DNA from: an uncultured Bacteroidia bacterium
GTDB taxonomy: Bacteria > Bacteroidota > Bacteroidia > Bacteroidales > CAJPTX01
Length of the DNA: 64,000 bases
Direction of reading: 5' to 3'
Assembly: GCA_963540065.1 (NCBI GenBank)
Contig: CAUTNK010000011.1
Span: 16,867-80,866, forward strand
The notes below the pieces were generated by a model. The model made no database searches. It had not been told where the DNA came from and saw nothing but the letters and a program-made list of their open reading frames with translations. Position numbers and translations under genes: made by a program. Each line of letters begins with the position of its first letter. The first letter of the stretch is position 1. Shown here one piece after another: positions 9,653-18,809 of this stretch.

Positions 9653-10894
9653 CTACACCCGTTTGGCTGAAATATTCCGAACGGTAAGGAGGCTTGCAGC
9701 AAGTCCTAAAACCAGCAAAAGTAGAAATACTCCCACCAGGTCGAGCGCTCGCACCTCGACAGGATACGCTTTTATAACAAACGAACTAACATCGCCCAAG
9801 CTCACAAAACCAAAATGCTGCTGAAGGAAACTTAGCACTAGTCCAAATAGCATCCCCACTGTTCCGCCCAAAAGCGACAAAAACAGCCCTTCCAAGCGAA
9901 AGATAGTACGAATACTAGTAGGAGTAGCACCCAATGCCGTAAAGGTGTAGATATCGCTCTTCTTTTCAATCAGCAACATCGAGAGCGATCCCACCACGTT
10001 GAACATAGCAATCAGCAGAATTAGCGCTAGGATAATAATTACAATCAGCCTTTCGCTGTGCATAGTACGATAGAGAGTTGCATTTTGCTCTTCTCGCTCG
10101 AGAATATGGCACTGCGTTGTAAATCGTTCGTCTAGGCGCTTTTTCAGGTCTGTTAGTCTTGCCCCTTCCCGGACATTGATGGCAAGCGAGGATATATAAC
10201 AGGAATCGTAGTCTAAGAGCTTCTGCACAAAATGTAAAGGCGCGAGCACGTTCTTTGTATCAAAATCGGCATGCACTGTAACGATACCCGTCCAGCCCAT
10301 TATCTTTTTACGGAAGGCTGTAGTCGGGTCGAGCCAATTCCGTGCTGTCCGATTGGGCATATAAACGCTAATACCTTCGAATTGGGCGAGGTGTGCTCCC
10401 AACATATAGGTCATGCCCGCTGCCGGCATTAGAAGCGCTTGTGAGCCCCTTTGTAGGCGAAATTCGCCATCTATACAATGCTCTGCTAAGTGCATCATCT
10501 CAACATACCCATCGTCCACACCAAGCAACGTTCCTAAATGCGTACGATCCTGATAGCCAAAGAGTGCATTTTCTTCAAAGGTGCGTCCGATGGCGAGGAC
10601 TTCGGGTTGTGCGGCTAACCATGCATAATCGGCACCATCGCAACGAAAGACTTTTCCCTCTCGCGCTTGAAGTAACAGATCGCTCTCCAAGGAGGAATAC
10701 ATAGAGGTGACAAGGGATGTAATGCCATTAAAAACAGAAAGCACCACGACAAGCGCCATAGCACTAACCCCTATCCCGATCATAGCAATGAGCGAGATAA
10801 CATTAACGGCAGTATGCGCTTTTTTCGCCAGCAGGTAGCGTGCAGCAACAAAAAAAGGAAATGTCACGAACGAAAACCTATTATTTTCGTGCAA
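9653..10894 (-). CDS. ABC transporter permease, FtsX/LolE-like
   Basis: 413 aa. One N-terminal TM helix, a large extracytoplasmic MacB-like domain and three C-terminal TM helices (FtsX fold). The start is TTG in the ORF track and is uncertain. The ORF overlaps the upstream gene by 14 nt. Confidence 0.7.
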   Translation of the reverse strand: MHENNRFSFVTFPFFVAARYLLAKKAHTAVNVISLIAMIGIGVSAMALVVVLSVFNGITSLVTSMYSSLESDLLLQAREGKVFRCDGADYAWLAAQPEVLAIGRTFEENALFGYQDRTHLGTLLGVDDGYVEMMHLAEHCIDGEFRLQRGSQALLMPAAGMTYMLGAHLAQFEGISVYMPNRTARNWLDPTTAFRKKIMGWTGIVTVHADFDTKNVLAPLHFVQKLLDYDSCYISSLAINVREGARLTDLKKRLDERFTTQCHILEREEQNATLYRTMHSERLIVIIILALILLIAMFNVVGSLSMLLIEKKSDIYTFTALGATPTSIRTIFRLEGLFLSLLGGTVGMLFGLVLSFLQQHFGFVSLGDVSSFVIKAYPVEVRALDLVGVFLLLLVLGLAASLLTVRNISAKRV

Positions 10895-11642
10895 TATACA
10901 ATTTGTCCTCTAACCGGATGCAGTAACGTCTGCGTTCCTCTTCTGTAAGCTGCGCAGCGTAGTCAATTGCGGAGACGAGAAACCCAGCTTCTGCAAGTCT
11001 GTCTACGTAATCGCGCCCATAGAGTCGGAGGTGATCCTTTTGGTGGTAAAACTTTTCGCGCAGCTCGTCGGTATTAATAGTCGGATCTTCGAGTGTCGTG
11101 GCACGTGTGGGATCCAGAGGTACTAGCAGTAGCGCAATCCCATTGGGAGCAAGCACACGGTAAAGCTCACGCATTGCGAGTCGGTCGTCCGGGATATGCT
11201 CCAGCACATGATTACACAGGATAAGGTCAAAAGTTTGATCGGCAAATGGCAATTGCTGTATATCACAATGAACCGATGCCCAAGGCGACTCCAGATCGGC
11301 AGATGTATAACGAATCCCAGGGATGGCTTTCAACTTTCGCTGTAAACAGAGCTCGGGAGCCATATGCAAAACACTGTAGCGCTGCCGAGTAATATCGAGC
11401 TCACGATCGAGATAAAGCCAGATGAGTCTATGTCGTTCGAGCGATAAGCTATAAGGCGCTAAGGCATTTTTTCGCTGTTCGATGCGTCCGTAAGCGAGTA
11501 AACGACGATAGTGGCGCCCATCGATCGGATCCTCGTAGCGTTTCCCGTATAAGAAAATTGCTAATAGGCGCCCGCCAATTCTAGCAATACGATGGAGAAT
11601 AGGTCGCGGCACCGAACGTGCTAGTGCTGCTATCAGCCCCAT
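10881..11642 (-). CDS. Class I SAM-dependent methyltransferase
   Basis: Methyltransferase-type-11-like motifs (FDLILCNHVLEHIPDD, LAPNGIALLLVP). The substrate is not inferable. Confidence 0.6.
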   Translation of the reverse strand: MGLIAALARSVPRPILHRIARIGGRLLAIFLYGKRYEDPIDGRHYRRLLAYGRIEQRKNALAPYSLSLERHRLIWLYLDRELDITRQRYSVLHMAPELCLQRKLKAIPGIRYTSADLESPWASVHCDIQQLPFADQTFDLILCNHVLEHIPDDRLAMRELYRVLAPNGIALLLVPLDPTRATTLEDPTINTDELREKFYHQKDHLRLYGRDYVDRLAEAGFLVSAIDYAAQLTEEERRRYCIRLEDKLYIARK

Positions 11643-11650
11643 GGCTTAAG

Positions 11651-12019
11651 TTATTGTTCGTCCTTTTTGATAGCAGCAAGGATACTTTCGATCTTTTCTA
11701 CTTCGTCGAGCGAATTATCTAGCCGAAAAAGGAGCTCTGGCACAAGACGCAGGGTACTTTTCACTCGCTTTCCGAGTTGGTAACGGATTTCGGATGTTTT
11801 ATTCTGTATCTCTGCAAAGATTTCCGCCTCATGCTCTTTAGGAAAAACGCTCAAGTAGACCTTAACTTGTTCGAGATCCTGCGAGATCCACACATCAGTA
11901 ACCGTAATCAGGCAACCCGCAGCTAGGTGTCGCAACTCTTTTTGAAACATCTCGCTAAAGTCGCGCTGTAGTTGCCGAGCAATCTTCCGTTGTCGCAGCG
12001 TAGTGCCTTGTTCCTGCAT
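11651..12019 (-). CDS. rbfA: Ribosome-binding factor A
   Basis: 122 aa. RbfA-like N-terminus (RQRKIARQLQRDFSEMF) and a KH-like core (ITVTDVWISQDLEQVKVYLSV). Confidence 0.8.
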   Translation of the reverse strand: MQEQGTTLRQRKIARQLQRDFSEMFQKELRHLAAGCLITVTDVWISQDLEQVKVYLSVFPKEHEAEIFAEIQNKTSEIRYQLGKRVKSTLRLVPELLFRLDNSLDEVEKIESILAAIKKDEQ

Positions 12020-12032
12020 CTTTATTAGAGAT

Positions 12033-12608
12033 TTACGCTTCCTTCCAGATAAGTTCTTCTAGGGTTCGCTTCGGTACGCAGTGTACTAATTCCTCACGCC
12101 AGTAACGAATTCCGTGCTCTGAATCGATTGGTCGGATCTGTACCTCTTCAGCTGCAGTACCCAAAGCAATTACATAGAGTACACGCCAACCCTCGGGGAG
12201 ATTCAGGATCTTTGCAAGTTCCTCGCGCTTAACGTTGTCGATCAGACACGCCCCTAAATCTTTTTCAGCAGCCCCCAACAGAATATTCTGTGCCGCAAAA
12301 CCCGGATCTACAAGGCGGAGGCACGGATCTGCAGCATTTTCCAACTGAATGATATAAGCTGCAGGACGCTCGCCCTCCGAAGGACCGTCCCAATCTGTTA
12401 AATAAGCTGCCCATCCCAGAGTTGCAAACACCTTCTTTCGAAGTTCAGGTTGCGTAACTATGCAATAACGAATAGCTTGCTTGTTGGCCCCACAAGGAGC
12501 TAGGCGTGCGAGGTCGACTAATTCGCGCAAAATGAACTGCGGAATAGGGCTATTTTCTCTAAAACACCGAACTGTACGGGCTTTTCCTACAATTTCTCGT
12601 AATTCCAT
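12033..12608 (-). CDS. Nitroreductase family protein
   Basis: 191 aa with the typical N-terminal RTVRCFRE...PIP and LARLAPCGANKQ segments of the nitroreductase fold. Confidence 0.7.
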   Translation of the reverse strand: MELREIVGKARTVRCFRENSPIPQFILRELVDLARLAPCGANKQAIRYCIVTQPELRKKVFATLGWAAYLTDWDGPSEGERPAAYIIQLENAADPCLRLVDPGFAAQNILLGAAEKDLGACLIDNVKREELAKILNLPEGWRVLYVIALGTAAEEVQIRPIDSEHGIRYWREELVHCVPKRTLEELIWKEA

Positions 12609-12648
12609 TCTTAGAGGAGTATAATATTACACCAGTCTACAAAATGGG

Positions 12649-15522
12649 TTAGTATTGCCCTTTTTCCCAAGCATCCTGACAAGCGCAGATCAGGTTCCTA
12701 TCGCCGTAACCGCCATCAATTTTGCTTACTGTAGGCCAGAATTTAGCATTCCGCACCCACGGAAGAGGATACGCCGCATCCTCACGCGAATAATGGTGCT
12801 CCCAGTTGTTCGCCACTAGCTCGTCGGCGGTGTGTGGCGCATTCTTTAGGAGGTTATCGTTTTTATCTGCTTTCCCTGCAGCAATCGCCAACATCTCCTC
12901 ACGAATCTGAAGGAGGGCATCGCAAAAGCGATCCATTTCTTCTTTTGATTCGCTCTCGGTGGGCTCTACCATTAGAGTTTCGTGTACCGGGAAGGAAAGT
13001 GTTGGCGCGTGGAAACCGTAGTCCATGAGTCGGCGCGCAATGTCGGCAGACTCCACATCGTAATCCGCTTTACAATTTCTGCAATCTACAATCACTTCGT
13101 GCCCGACACGTCCTGTTTCGCCGGAGTAGACAATACCGTAAGTATCCTTAAGGCGCGCTACCATATAATTCGCGTTAAGAATCGCATTTTCCGATGCTTT
13201 TTGTAAGCCCTCAGCTCCTAACATTCTGATATAGGCGTAAGTAATCGGTAGGATGCTAGCACTCCCCCACGGTGCCGAGGAAACTGCCGTAATTCCGTTT
13301 TTCCCTCCTACCTTTACACAAGCGTGACGTGGCAAGAAATCGAGCAAATGGCTCGCCACACAAATAGGTCCGACACCTGGACCGCCACCGCCGTGAGGGA
13401 TAGCAAATGTTTTGTGCAGATTTAAATGACAAACATCGGCTCCTATATAACCGGGGCTTGTAAGTCCGCACTGTGCATTCATATTGGCGCCATCCATATA
13501 GACTTGCCCTCCCGCTTGGTGAATGATATCGATCATTTCGCGGATACGACTCTCAAAAATCCCGTGCGTGGACGGATATGTTACCATAAAAGCGGATAGC
13601 TTGGGTGCGTACTCCTGGGCTTTCTTACGGAGGTCTTCCACGTCGATATTGCCACGTTCGTCGCACGCTACCGTAACAATCTCAGCGCCTGCCATTGCAG
13701 CACTTGCCGGATTAGTACCATGTGCCGAGGCTGGAATCAGAATGGTATTGCGATGCCCCTCGCCGCGTGCTATATGATACTGACGAATGACCATCAGCCC
13801 CGTGTACTCGCCAGCTGCACCGGAATTTGCTTGTAGCGAAGTACCAGCAAAGCCCGTAATTTCGGCAAGATACTCTTCCAACTCCCGAATCAGTTCGCGA
13901 TATCCTTCTATCTGATCTGCAGGAGCAAACGGATGTATTGCACCAAACTCTGCCCAACTTAGCGGTAGCATCGAAACTGCCGAATTCAGCTTCATCGTAC
14001 AGCTTCCGAGCGGTATCATGCTATTCGTGAGCGATATATCCTTACGAACTAGGTTGTGGATATAGCGCATCATCTCTGTTTCGGAATGGTAGGTGTTGAA
14101 GACACGCTCCTGCATAAAGGGAGTTGTGCGCTCGAAGCCTTCAATCGGTTCATTTACATCTGTAAATGAAATTGGGATAGCAGGTTTCTCTACAGCAGCC
14201 GCAAAGATCTGCACGACTTTTGTAACCTCTTCGTTAGTAGTTAATTCGTCGAAGGAGAGAGTAACGGTTGCGTCATCTCTGTAGTTCAGATTCAGATTTG
14301 CCTCTGTTGCAAGCTTTTGTAACTTGCCTACGATTTCCTTATCTACAACTGCCACACACAACGTATCAAAGAAGGACTTGGTAGACAGCTTATAGCCTAG
14401 TTCTTTCAGCGCTTTTGCCGTTTGTAGTGCAGCATTGTGGGCATTCCGAGCAATACGCTTAATCCCCTCCGAACCGTGATATACAGCAAACATACCTGCC
14501 ATGGTAGCTAGTAGTGCTTGCGCAGTACAGATATTGGAAGTAGCTTTTTCGCGTTTAATGTGCTGTTCGCGAGTTTGTAGTGCCATACGGAGAGCTCTAT
14601 TTCCTCGGCGATCGACCGAGATACCGATTACACGTCCGGGCATATTACGTTTGTAAGCTTCACGAGTTGCAAAGTAGGCAGCATGCGGTCCACCAAGCCC
14701 CATCGGGATTCCGAAGCGCTGTGTAGAACCGAAAACGATATCTGCATCCCAATTTCCGGGTGCTTCCAACAAAGCTAGAGCGAGGATATCAGCCGCAACA
14801 GCAACCAATACCTTTCCGGATTCGTGCGCCGTCTGTACAAAATTGCGATAATCGCACACGGCACCGTCTGCATTTGGATACTGTACAATAGTACCGAACT
14901 CGCGCCCTGTAAATACATACTCGGCATAATTACCACGTACGAGCTCTATACCCAAGGGTGCGGAACGAGTCTTGAGCACCGAAACCGTCTGTTCGAATAC
15001 CGAATTATCGATAAAGAGAACGTTTCGTCCTTCTTGTACCGCCGCACGCCCCCGGAGGTGGAACATCATAATCATAGCCTCAGCAGCCGCAGTACCTTCG
15101 TCAAGCAACGATGCATTGGCAATTTCCATGCCTGTGAGTCCGAGCACCATGGTCTGAAAGTTCAAGAGAGCTTCGAGTCGCCCTTGGCTAATCTCTGCTT
15201 GATAGGGAGTGTAGGAGGTATACCAATCGGGATTCTCAAGAACGTTCCGGAGAATCACAGCTGGAGTTGCTGTTCCGTAGTATCCGCATCCGATGAGCGA
15301 GCGCACGAGCTTATTCTTGTGGGCTTTTTCGCGCAAGATTTCCAAGACTTCCCACTCGCTGCGTGGTGCTGGGAGCCGAAGCGCTTTCGGGAGTCTGATA
15401 TCGTAGGGGACTACTTGTTCGATCAATTCGTTAAGCGACTGCACTCCAATGGTTTTTAACATCGCCTCGCATGCCTTCTGATCGTTGCCTATATGTCGTT
15501 TTACAAACTCCTCTTGCGCCAT
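12649..15522 (-). CDS. gcvP: Glycine dehydrogenase (decarboxylating), glycine cleavage P protein
   Basis: 957-aa single-chain P protein with conserved segments (YTPYQAEISQGRLEALLNFQT, the PLP-lysine region CHLNLHKTFAIPHGGGGPG). Confidence 0.95.
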   Translation of the reverse strand: MAQEEFVKRHIGNDQKACEAMLKTIGVQSLNELIEQVVPYDIRLPKALRLPAPRSEWEVLEILREKAHKNKLVRSLIGCGYYGTATPAVILRNVLENPDWYTSYTPYQAEISQGRLEALLNFQTMVLGLTGMEIANASLLDEGTAAAEAMIMMFHLRGRAAVQEGRNVLFIDNSVFEQTVSVLKTRSAPLGIELVRGNYAEYVFTGREFGTIVQYPNADGAVCDYRNFVQTAHESGKVLVAVAADILALALLEAPGNWDADIVFGSTQRFGIPMGLGGPHAAYFATREAYKRNMPGRVIGISVDRRGNRALRMALQTREQHIKREKATSNICTAQALLATMAGMFAVYHGSEGIKRIARNAHNAALQTAKALKELGYKLSTKSFFDTLCVAVVDKEIVGKLQKLATEANLNLNYRDDATVTLSFDELTTNEEVTKVVQIFAAAVEKPAIPISFTDVNEPIEGFERTTPFMQERVFNTYHSETEMMRYIHNLVRKDISLTNSMIPLGSCTMKLNSAVSMLPLSWAEFGAIHPFAPADQIEGYRELIRELEEYLAEITGFAGTSLQANSGAAGEYTGLMVIRQYHIARGEGHRNTILIPASAHGTNPASAAMAGAEIVTVACDERGNIDVEDLRKKAQEYAPKLSAFMVTYPSTHGIFESRIREMIDIIHQAGGQVYMDGANMNAQCGLTSPGYIGADVCHLNLHKTFAIPHGGGGPGVGPICVASHLLDFLPRHACVKVGGKNGITAVSSAPWGSASILPITYAYIRMLGAEGLQKASENAILNANYMVARLKDTYGIVYSGETGRVGHEVIVDCRNCKADYDVESADIARRLMDYGFHAPTLSFPVHETLMVEPTESESKEEMDRFCDALLQIREEMLAIAAGKADKNDNLLKNAPHTADELVANNWEHHYSREDAAYPLPWVRNAKFWPTVSKIDGGYGDRNLICACQDAWEKGQY

Positions 15523-15555
15523 TTCCGTATACTTTTACGTTTGAAGTTATTGTAA

Positions 15556-15563
15556 CAAAAGTA
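15556..15563 (-). promoter_or_regulatory. -7 promoter box (TACTTTTG) for gcvP
   Basis: The minus strand reads TACTTTTGTTACAA. The box ends 33 nt upstream of the gcvP ATG. Confidence 0.5.
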
Positions 15564-15598
15564 GGCTTTTTCGCAAAAGCGACAAGCGTTTTGCGCTT

Positions 15599-15624
15599 TT
15601 CTAGACGGACGCTACGCATTTTGC
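15599..15624. repeat. Copy A of a ~26-nt intergenic direct repeat (TTCTAG-N6-GCTACGCATTTTGC)
   Basis: Aligns without gaps to 17098..17123. The TTCTAG segment and a 14-nt core are identical, giving about 23 of 28 positions. A CGACAAGC segment lies just to the left of each copy. Confidence 0.6.
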
Positions 15625-15778
15625 GCAATAGATACTACTTGGCGGGCATTACAGACAATGCGTCCCACATAGGAAGAGGGTTTACACGCACGAAAAAAAA
15701 ACGTTTTGTGCTTTTATTTTACAAAACGAAAAGGGCGCATCACGTTACGCCCCTATAGAGATATTCGACTCTATAAAA

Positions 15779-17017
15779 CTAGCGCTTATAGGGTTCCTGC
15801 GTGTAATTCGCAAAAAGTGCACGCACCATCTCATCACTGCGACCCAATGTTCTGGCTGTCTCTTCCCCTTTAGTATAACATTGTACGGCCTCGGTGCGCA
15901 TACCTAGCATATCGTAGCAGAAGCCAAGATTACGCCAAAAGAGCACTGGGAAAAACCACCCATCGAGATCATGGATACGAGGCTGCAACCGCTTACTCAC
16001 TTCTACCGCCTCGGCATAGTGCGCCTGTAGGAAATCGAGCCAAAGGCGTTCGAAGTCGTAATGTTCAGTACGGGTTGCTAATGCAGCCCACTCCTTCATA
16101 AATTTCTCTGCCAGTTCTATATTTTTTGCTGGAATCTGTTCAGGACTCATGTCCATTTCCGGACCGTGCAGTAGAGGGACAAATGCATTGGCATACATAA
16201 CATTATCATCGAGGTAATAACCTCTTGCCAAGTTGTGCTCTATATAATCTATTTCGTTGCGTGAGGGCTCGATATCTTGCAGTGGTAGAATGTCGTTTAA
16301 TGCTACCAGCTTAACGGAGTTGCGTTTAGCGAAAGCATCGTCAAAGTAGTATTTATGTTCAGCTCCGGTAAATACAATTACTCTTTTTGCCTGACTCGCG
16401 GAGATAACGCTGTCTATACGCGATAGCATTTTGGCATTTCGAAGTTCGGAGTGCAAATTCATAACGCCATCGCCATATACTGCTATCTCTATTCGGTATG
16501 CCTCGCGCGTGTAGTCGTTGTAATCTTGCCCATTAAAGAACTCATAGCCCTGAGTATTACTCCACCACACACTATCCATAGTGCCATATTTCTTTTCAAA
16601 AGCTTGTATCAGACTACTATTTTGCATAAGAGAATCTGCCACCCGTTTTTTGTTCTTGTAGTCCTCGGTCTGCATATATTCCTTCCGCGCTGCCCTTACA
16701 TCATAATCTACCCCCCAGTGATCAATAGGGAAACAACTTATGTTATGCTCAGCACCGTAAATACAGGCTAGAGCCATCTCCTTCAGATAGTTTTTCTTTC
16801 TAAAGTAGGAAGGCGGGATCTCTACGCAAATCGCATCGGGTTTGTAGGTTGCGAGAATGCGCACAATATCATGATAGGTATAATGCGGATTCGCCTCATG
16901 CATGCTATGAATTGTACCCACGACAAGAACTTCTGGAACCTCATTGCTCTTTTGCGCCATTACGGCGCATCCCCATAACAGAGCAATGAGTAGTAGGACA
17001 CTTTGCTTTACAGACAT
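15779..17017 (-). CDS. Secreted TIKI/TraB/GumN-like protein with a C-terminal helical (TPR-like) region
   Basis: Signal peptide (LLLIALLWGCAVMAQ). Two GxxH motifs with the spacing typical of the TIKI/TraB/PrgY/GumN superfamily (VVGTIHSMH near the N-terminus, FTGAEHKYY about 190 aa later). The C-terminal ~130 aa are helical. Confidence 0.45.
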   Translation of the reverse strand: MSVKQSVLLLIALLWGCAVMAQKSNEVPEVLVVGTIHSMHEANPHYTYHDIVRILATYKPDAICVEIPPSYFRKKNYLKEMALACIYGAEHNISCFPIDHWGVDYDVRAARKEYMQTEDYKNKKRVADSLMQNSSLIQAFEKKYGTMDSVWWSNTQGYEFFNGQDYNDYTREAYRIEIAVYGDGVMNLHSELRNAKMLSRIDSVISASQAKRVIVFTGAEHKYYFDDAFAKRNSVKLVALNDILPLQDIEPSRNEIDYIEHNLARGYYLDDNVMYANAFVPLLHGPEMDMSPEQIPAKNIELAEKFMKEWAALATRTEHYDFERLWLDFLQAHYAEAVEVSKRLQPRIHDLDGWFFPVLFWRNLGFCYDMLGMRTEAVQCYTKGEETARTLGRSDEMVRALFANYTQEPYKR

Positions 17018-17097
17018 CTTGATTCTCTATCTCAGTAATACAACAACTCTACAAATAGCGCACGACAAGCATTCTTTTACACGCCCGCCGAGCGTTC

Positions 17098-17123
17098 TTC
17101 TAGGTGCGCGCTACGCATTTTGC
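17098..17123. repeat. Copy B of the ~26-nt intergenic direct repeat
   Basis: TTCTAGGTGCGCGCTACGCATTTTGC. It lies 1499 bp from copy A in the same orientation, so the two copies bracket the TIKI-like gene. Confidence 0.6.
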
Positions 17124-17129
17124 ACTTTT

Positions 17130-18743
17130 CTAAAAATTCGTTGCAGGTTTCACCTTCCACGCTCCAATATTGTGCGTTTTGGAGTCGAAAGTTACGCCGA
17201 TGCCAAGCACTTTTTTACCCTCGGAAAGATAACGCGCCGCATAGCCCCGTTCTTCGATTTGCGCAAGTGCATCCTCCGGAGTGGCTGTATCTTCGAGTTT
17301 GAATTCAAAAATATAGATAGCGTCAGCAGTATGTACCACAGTATCGGCACGTCCGCCGGGGCAATGCACCTCGGTTTGCGCAAACTGCCCCATGAGCGAA
17401 AAGACTAGGTAGACCGCTACCTCGCCATCGCGCTCGTGGTACGTCTCGCCCTCCTTTATAGTATTGTACGGGATCCCGCCGATGATAGATTTTAAGTGCG
17501 TCATGAAGGCATCGATATCGCCGGAACGTATTGCCTCCAAGAATTTTGCAATTGCTACCCCAGAATTGAGTACGCTCTCAGAATATCCCTGCAACAGGTT
17601 TTTCAAAAATCCGTAGCGAACCTCTTCATTGGGGAATCCGAGGCGATAAACACCGAGGTCTGATAAGTATTCGCGAATGGTGAGGTAGCCCGTCTGAAAA
17701 AGTATCGGTATTGGATCTTTTGTGGCTAATGGGCTGGTTTTCAACCCTGCAGCATCGAGTTTCACATCCCCCTCTAGGTCGGGAAGAAAGAAGCGCTGAT
17801 CGCGTATATACCTAACCAAGAAAGTCGGAGTGCCGGTAGCATACCAATAGTCGTCTAATTCTTTCTTTTTCAGTACATTGAGTAAACTAAACGGATTGTA
17901 AACGTGTTCCCCTTCTCTAGCAAACAGATAGCCGTCATAGCGTTTTTTGAGTTCGGCAAGTGTATCCTCGTAGGAGCGATCCAATTTAGCAGCAAGTGTT
18001 TCTATCTCGGGCGCAAAATTCGAAACAAGCTCAGTTTCCGTAATACCGCAAATCCCCGCATAGTGCGGATCCATGCTGATATCTTCAAGATTGTTGAGAC
18101 CGCTAAAGATTGTCAGCTTACCAAAACGCGAGACCCCCGTCAGGAAGACAAAACGAATATATTGGTCGTTACTCTTAATATTCGAATAAAATGCATACAA
18201 TAGCGAGCGGAACTGCTCGTACAACTCGGGATTATTTACTGATTGCAAAAGAGGTTTGTCGTACTCATCGACCAAGAATACAACCTGTTGCCCAGTCTGT
18301 TCGTAGGCTCTGCGGAGAATTCCTGCGAAACGAAGCGTTAGAGTATCTTCGCTGGTGGATTTACCGTATAATTCTTCCCATTGGTTCAGGTGATAGACGA
18401 GTACGCTCTTCAGTTCTTCGGCATTTTTGTACTCTCCAGTGTTCAAGTCTAAGTGCAACACTGGGTATTCTTGCCACGTCTCGCGTCCTTGTGCTGCTGC
18501 GAGTTCGGGTTCTCCGTGTTCGAGAAAGAGTCCATTAAAGAGATCCTTTTTCCCTTCGAAATAAGCTTTTAGGGTGGATAGCAAGAGGCTTTTCCCAAAG
18601 CGTCGTGGGCGACTCAGGAAATAAACCTGTCCTTGCATCAAATCTCTGATATATTGTGTTTTATCTACATACACATAGCCTCGATTGCGAATATTATCAA
18701 AACTCTGTACTCCGATGGGTAATGAGCGCAATATACCGGTCAT
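17130..18743 (-). CDS. AAA-ATPase-like domain protein with a C-terminal PD-(D/E)XK nuclease-like domain (paralogue 1)
   Basis: 537 aa. The N-terminus (LPIGVQSFDNIRNRGYVYVDKTQYI...FLSRPRRFGKSLLLSTLKAYF) is typical of the predicted AAA-ATPase family expanded in Bacteroidales. Walker-B-like VVFLVDEYD. The C-terminus has a D...EFK nuclease-like motif (GRADTVV...IYIFEFKL). Confidence 0.75.
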   Translation of the reverse strand: MTGILRSLPIGVQSFDNIRNRGYVYVDKTQYIRDLMQGQVYFLSRPRRFGKSLLLSTLKAYFEGKKDLFNGLFLEHGEPELAAAQGRETWQEYPVLHLDLNTGEYKNAEELKSVLVYHLNQWEELYGKSTSEDTLTLRFAGILRRAYEQTGQQVVFLVDEYDKPLLQSVNNPELYEQFRSLLYAFYSNIKSNDQYIRFVFLTGVSRFGKLTIFSGLNNLEDISMDPHYAGICGITETELVSNFAPEIETLAAKLDRSYEDTLAELKKRYDGYLFAREGEHVYNPFSLLNVLKKKELDDYWYATGTPTFLVRYIRDQRFFLPDLEGDVKLDAAGLKTSPLATKDPIPILFQTGYLTIREYLSDLGVYRLGFPNEEVRYGFLKNLLQGYSESVLNSGVAIAKFLEAIRSGDIDAFMTHLKSIIGGIPYNTIKEGETYHERDGEVAVYLVFSLMGQFAQTEVHCPGGRADTVVHTADAIYIFEFKLEDTATPEDALAQIEERGYAARYLSEGKKVLGIGVTFDSKTHNIGAWKVKPATNF

Positions 18744-18809
18744 CTCTATCTTCTCTTTTGTAGTACGAAGATATAAAAAAGCCCGCTTGGTGTGGTACCT
18801 TATCCTATT

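Noticed and set aside
15523-15778. A possible glycine riboswitch upstream of gcvP.
   Set aside because: Reading the minus strand shows no GGAGAG...CACCG...CUCUGGAGAG-type glycine-aptamer core. The leader after the -7 box is only about 30 nt, too short for a riboswitch.
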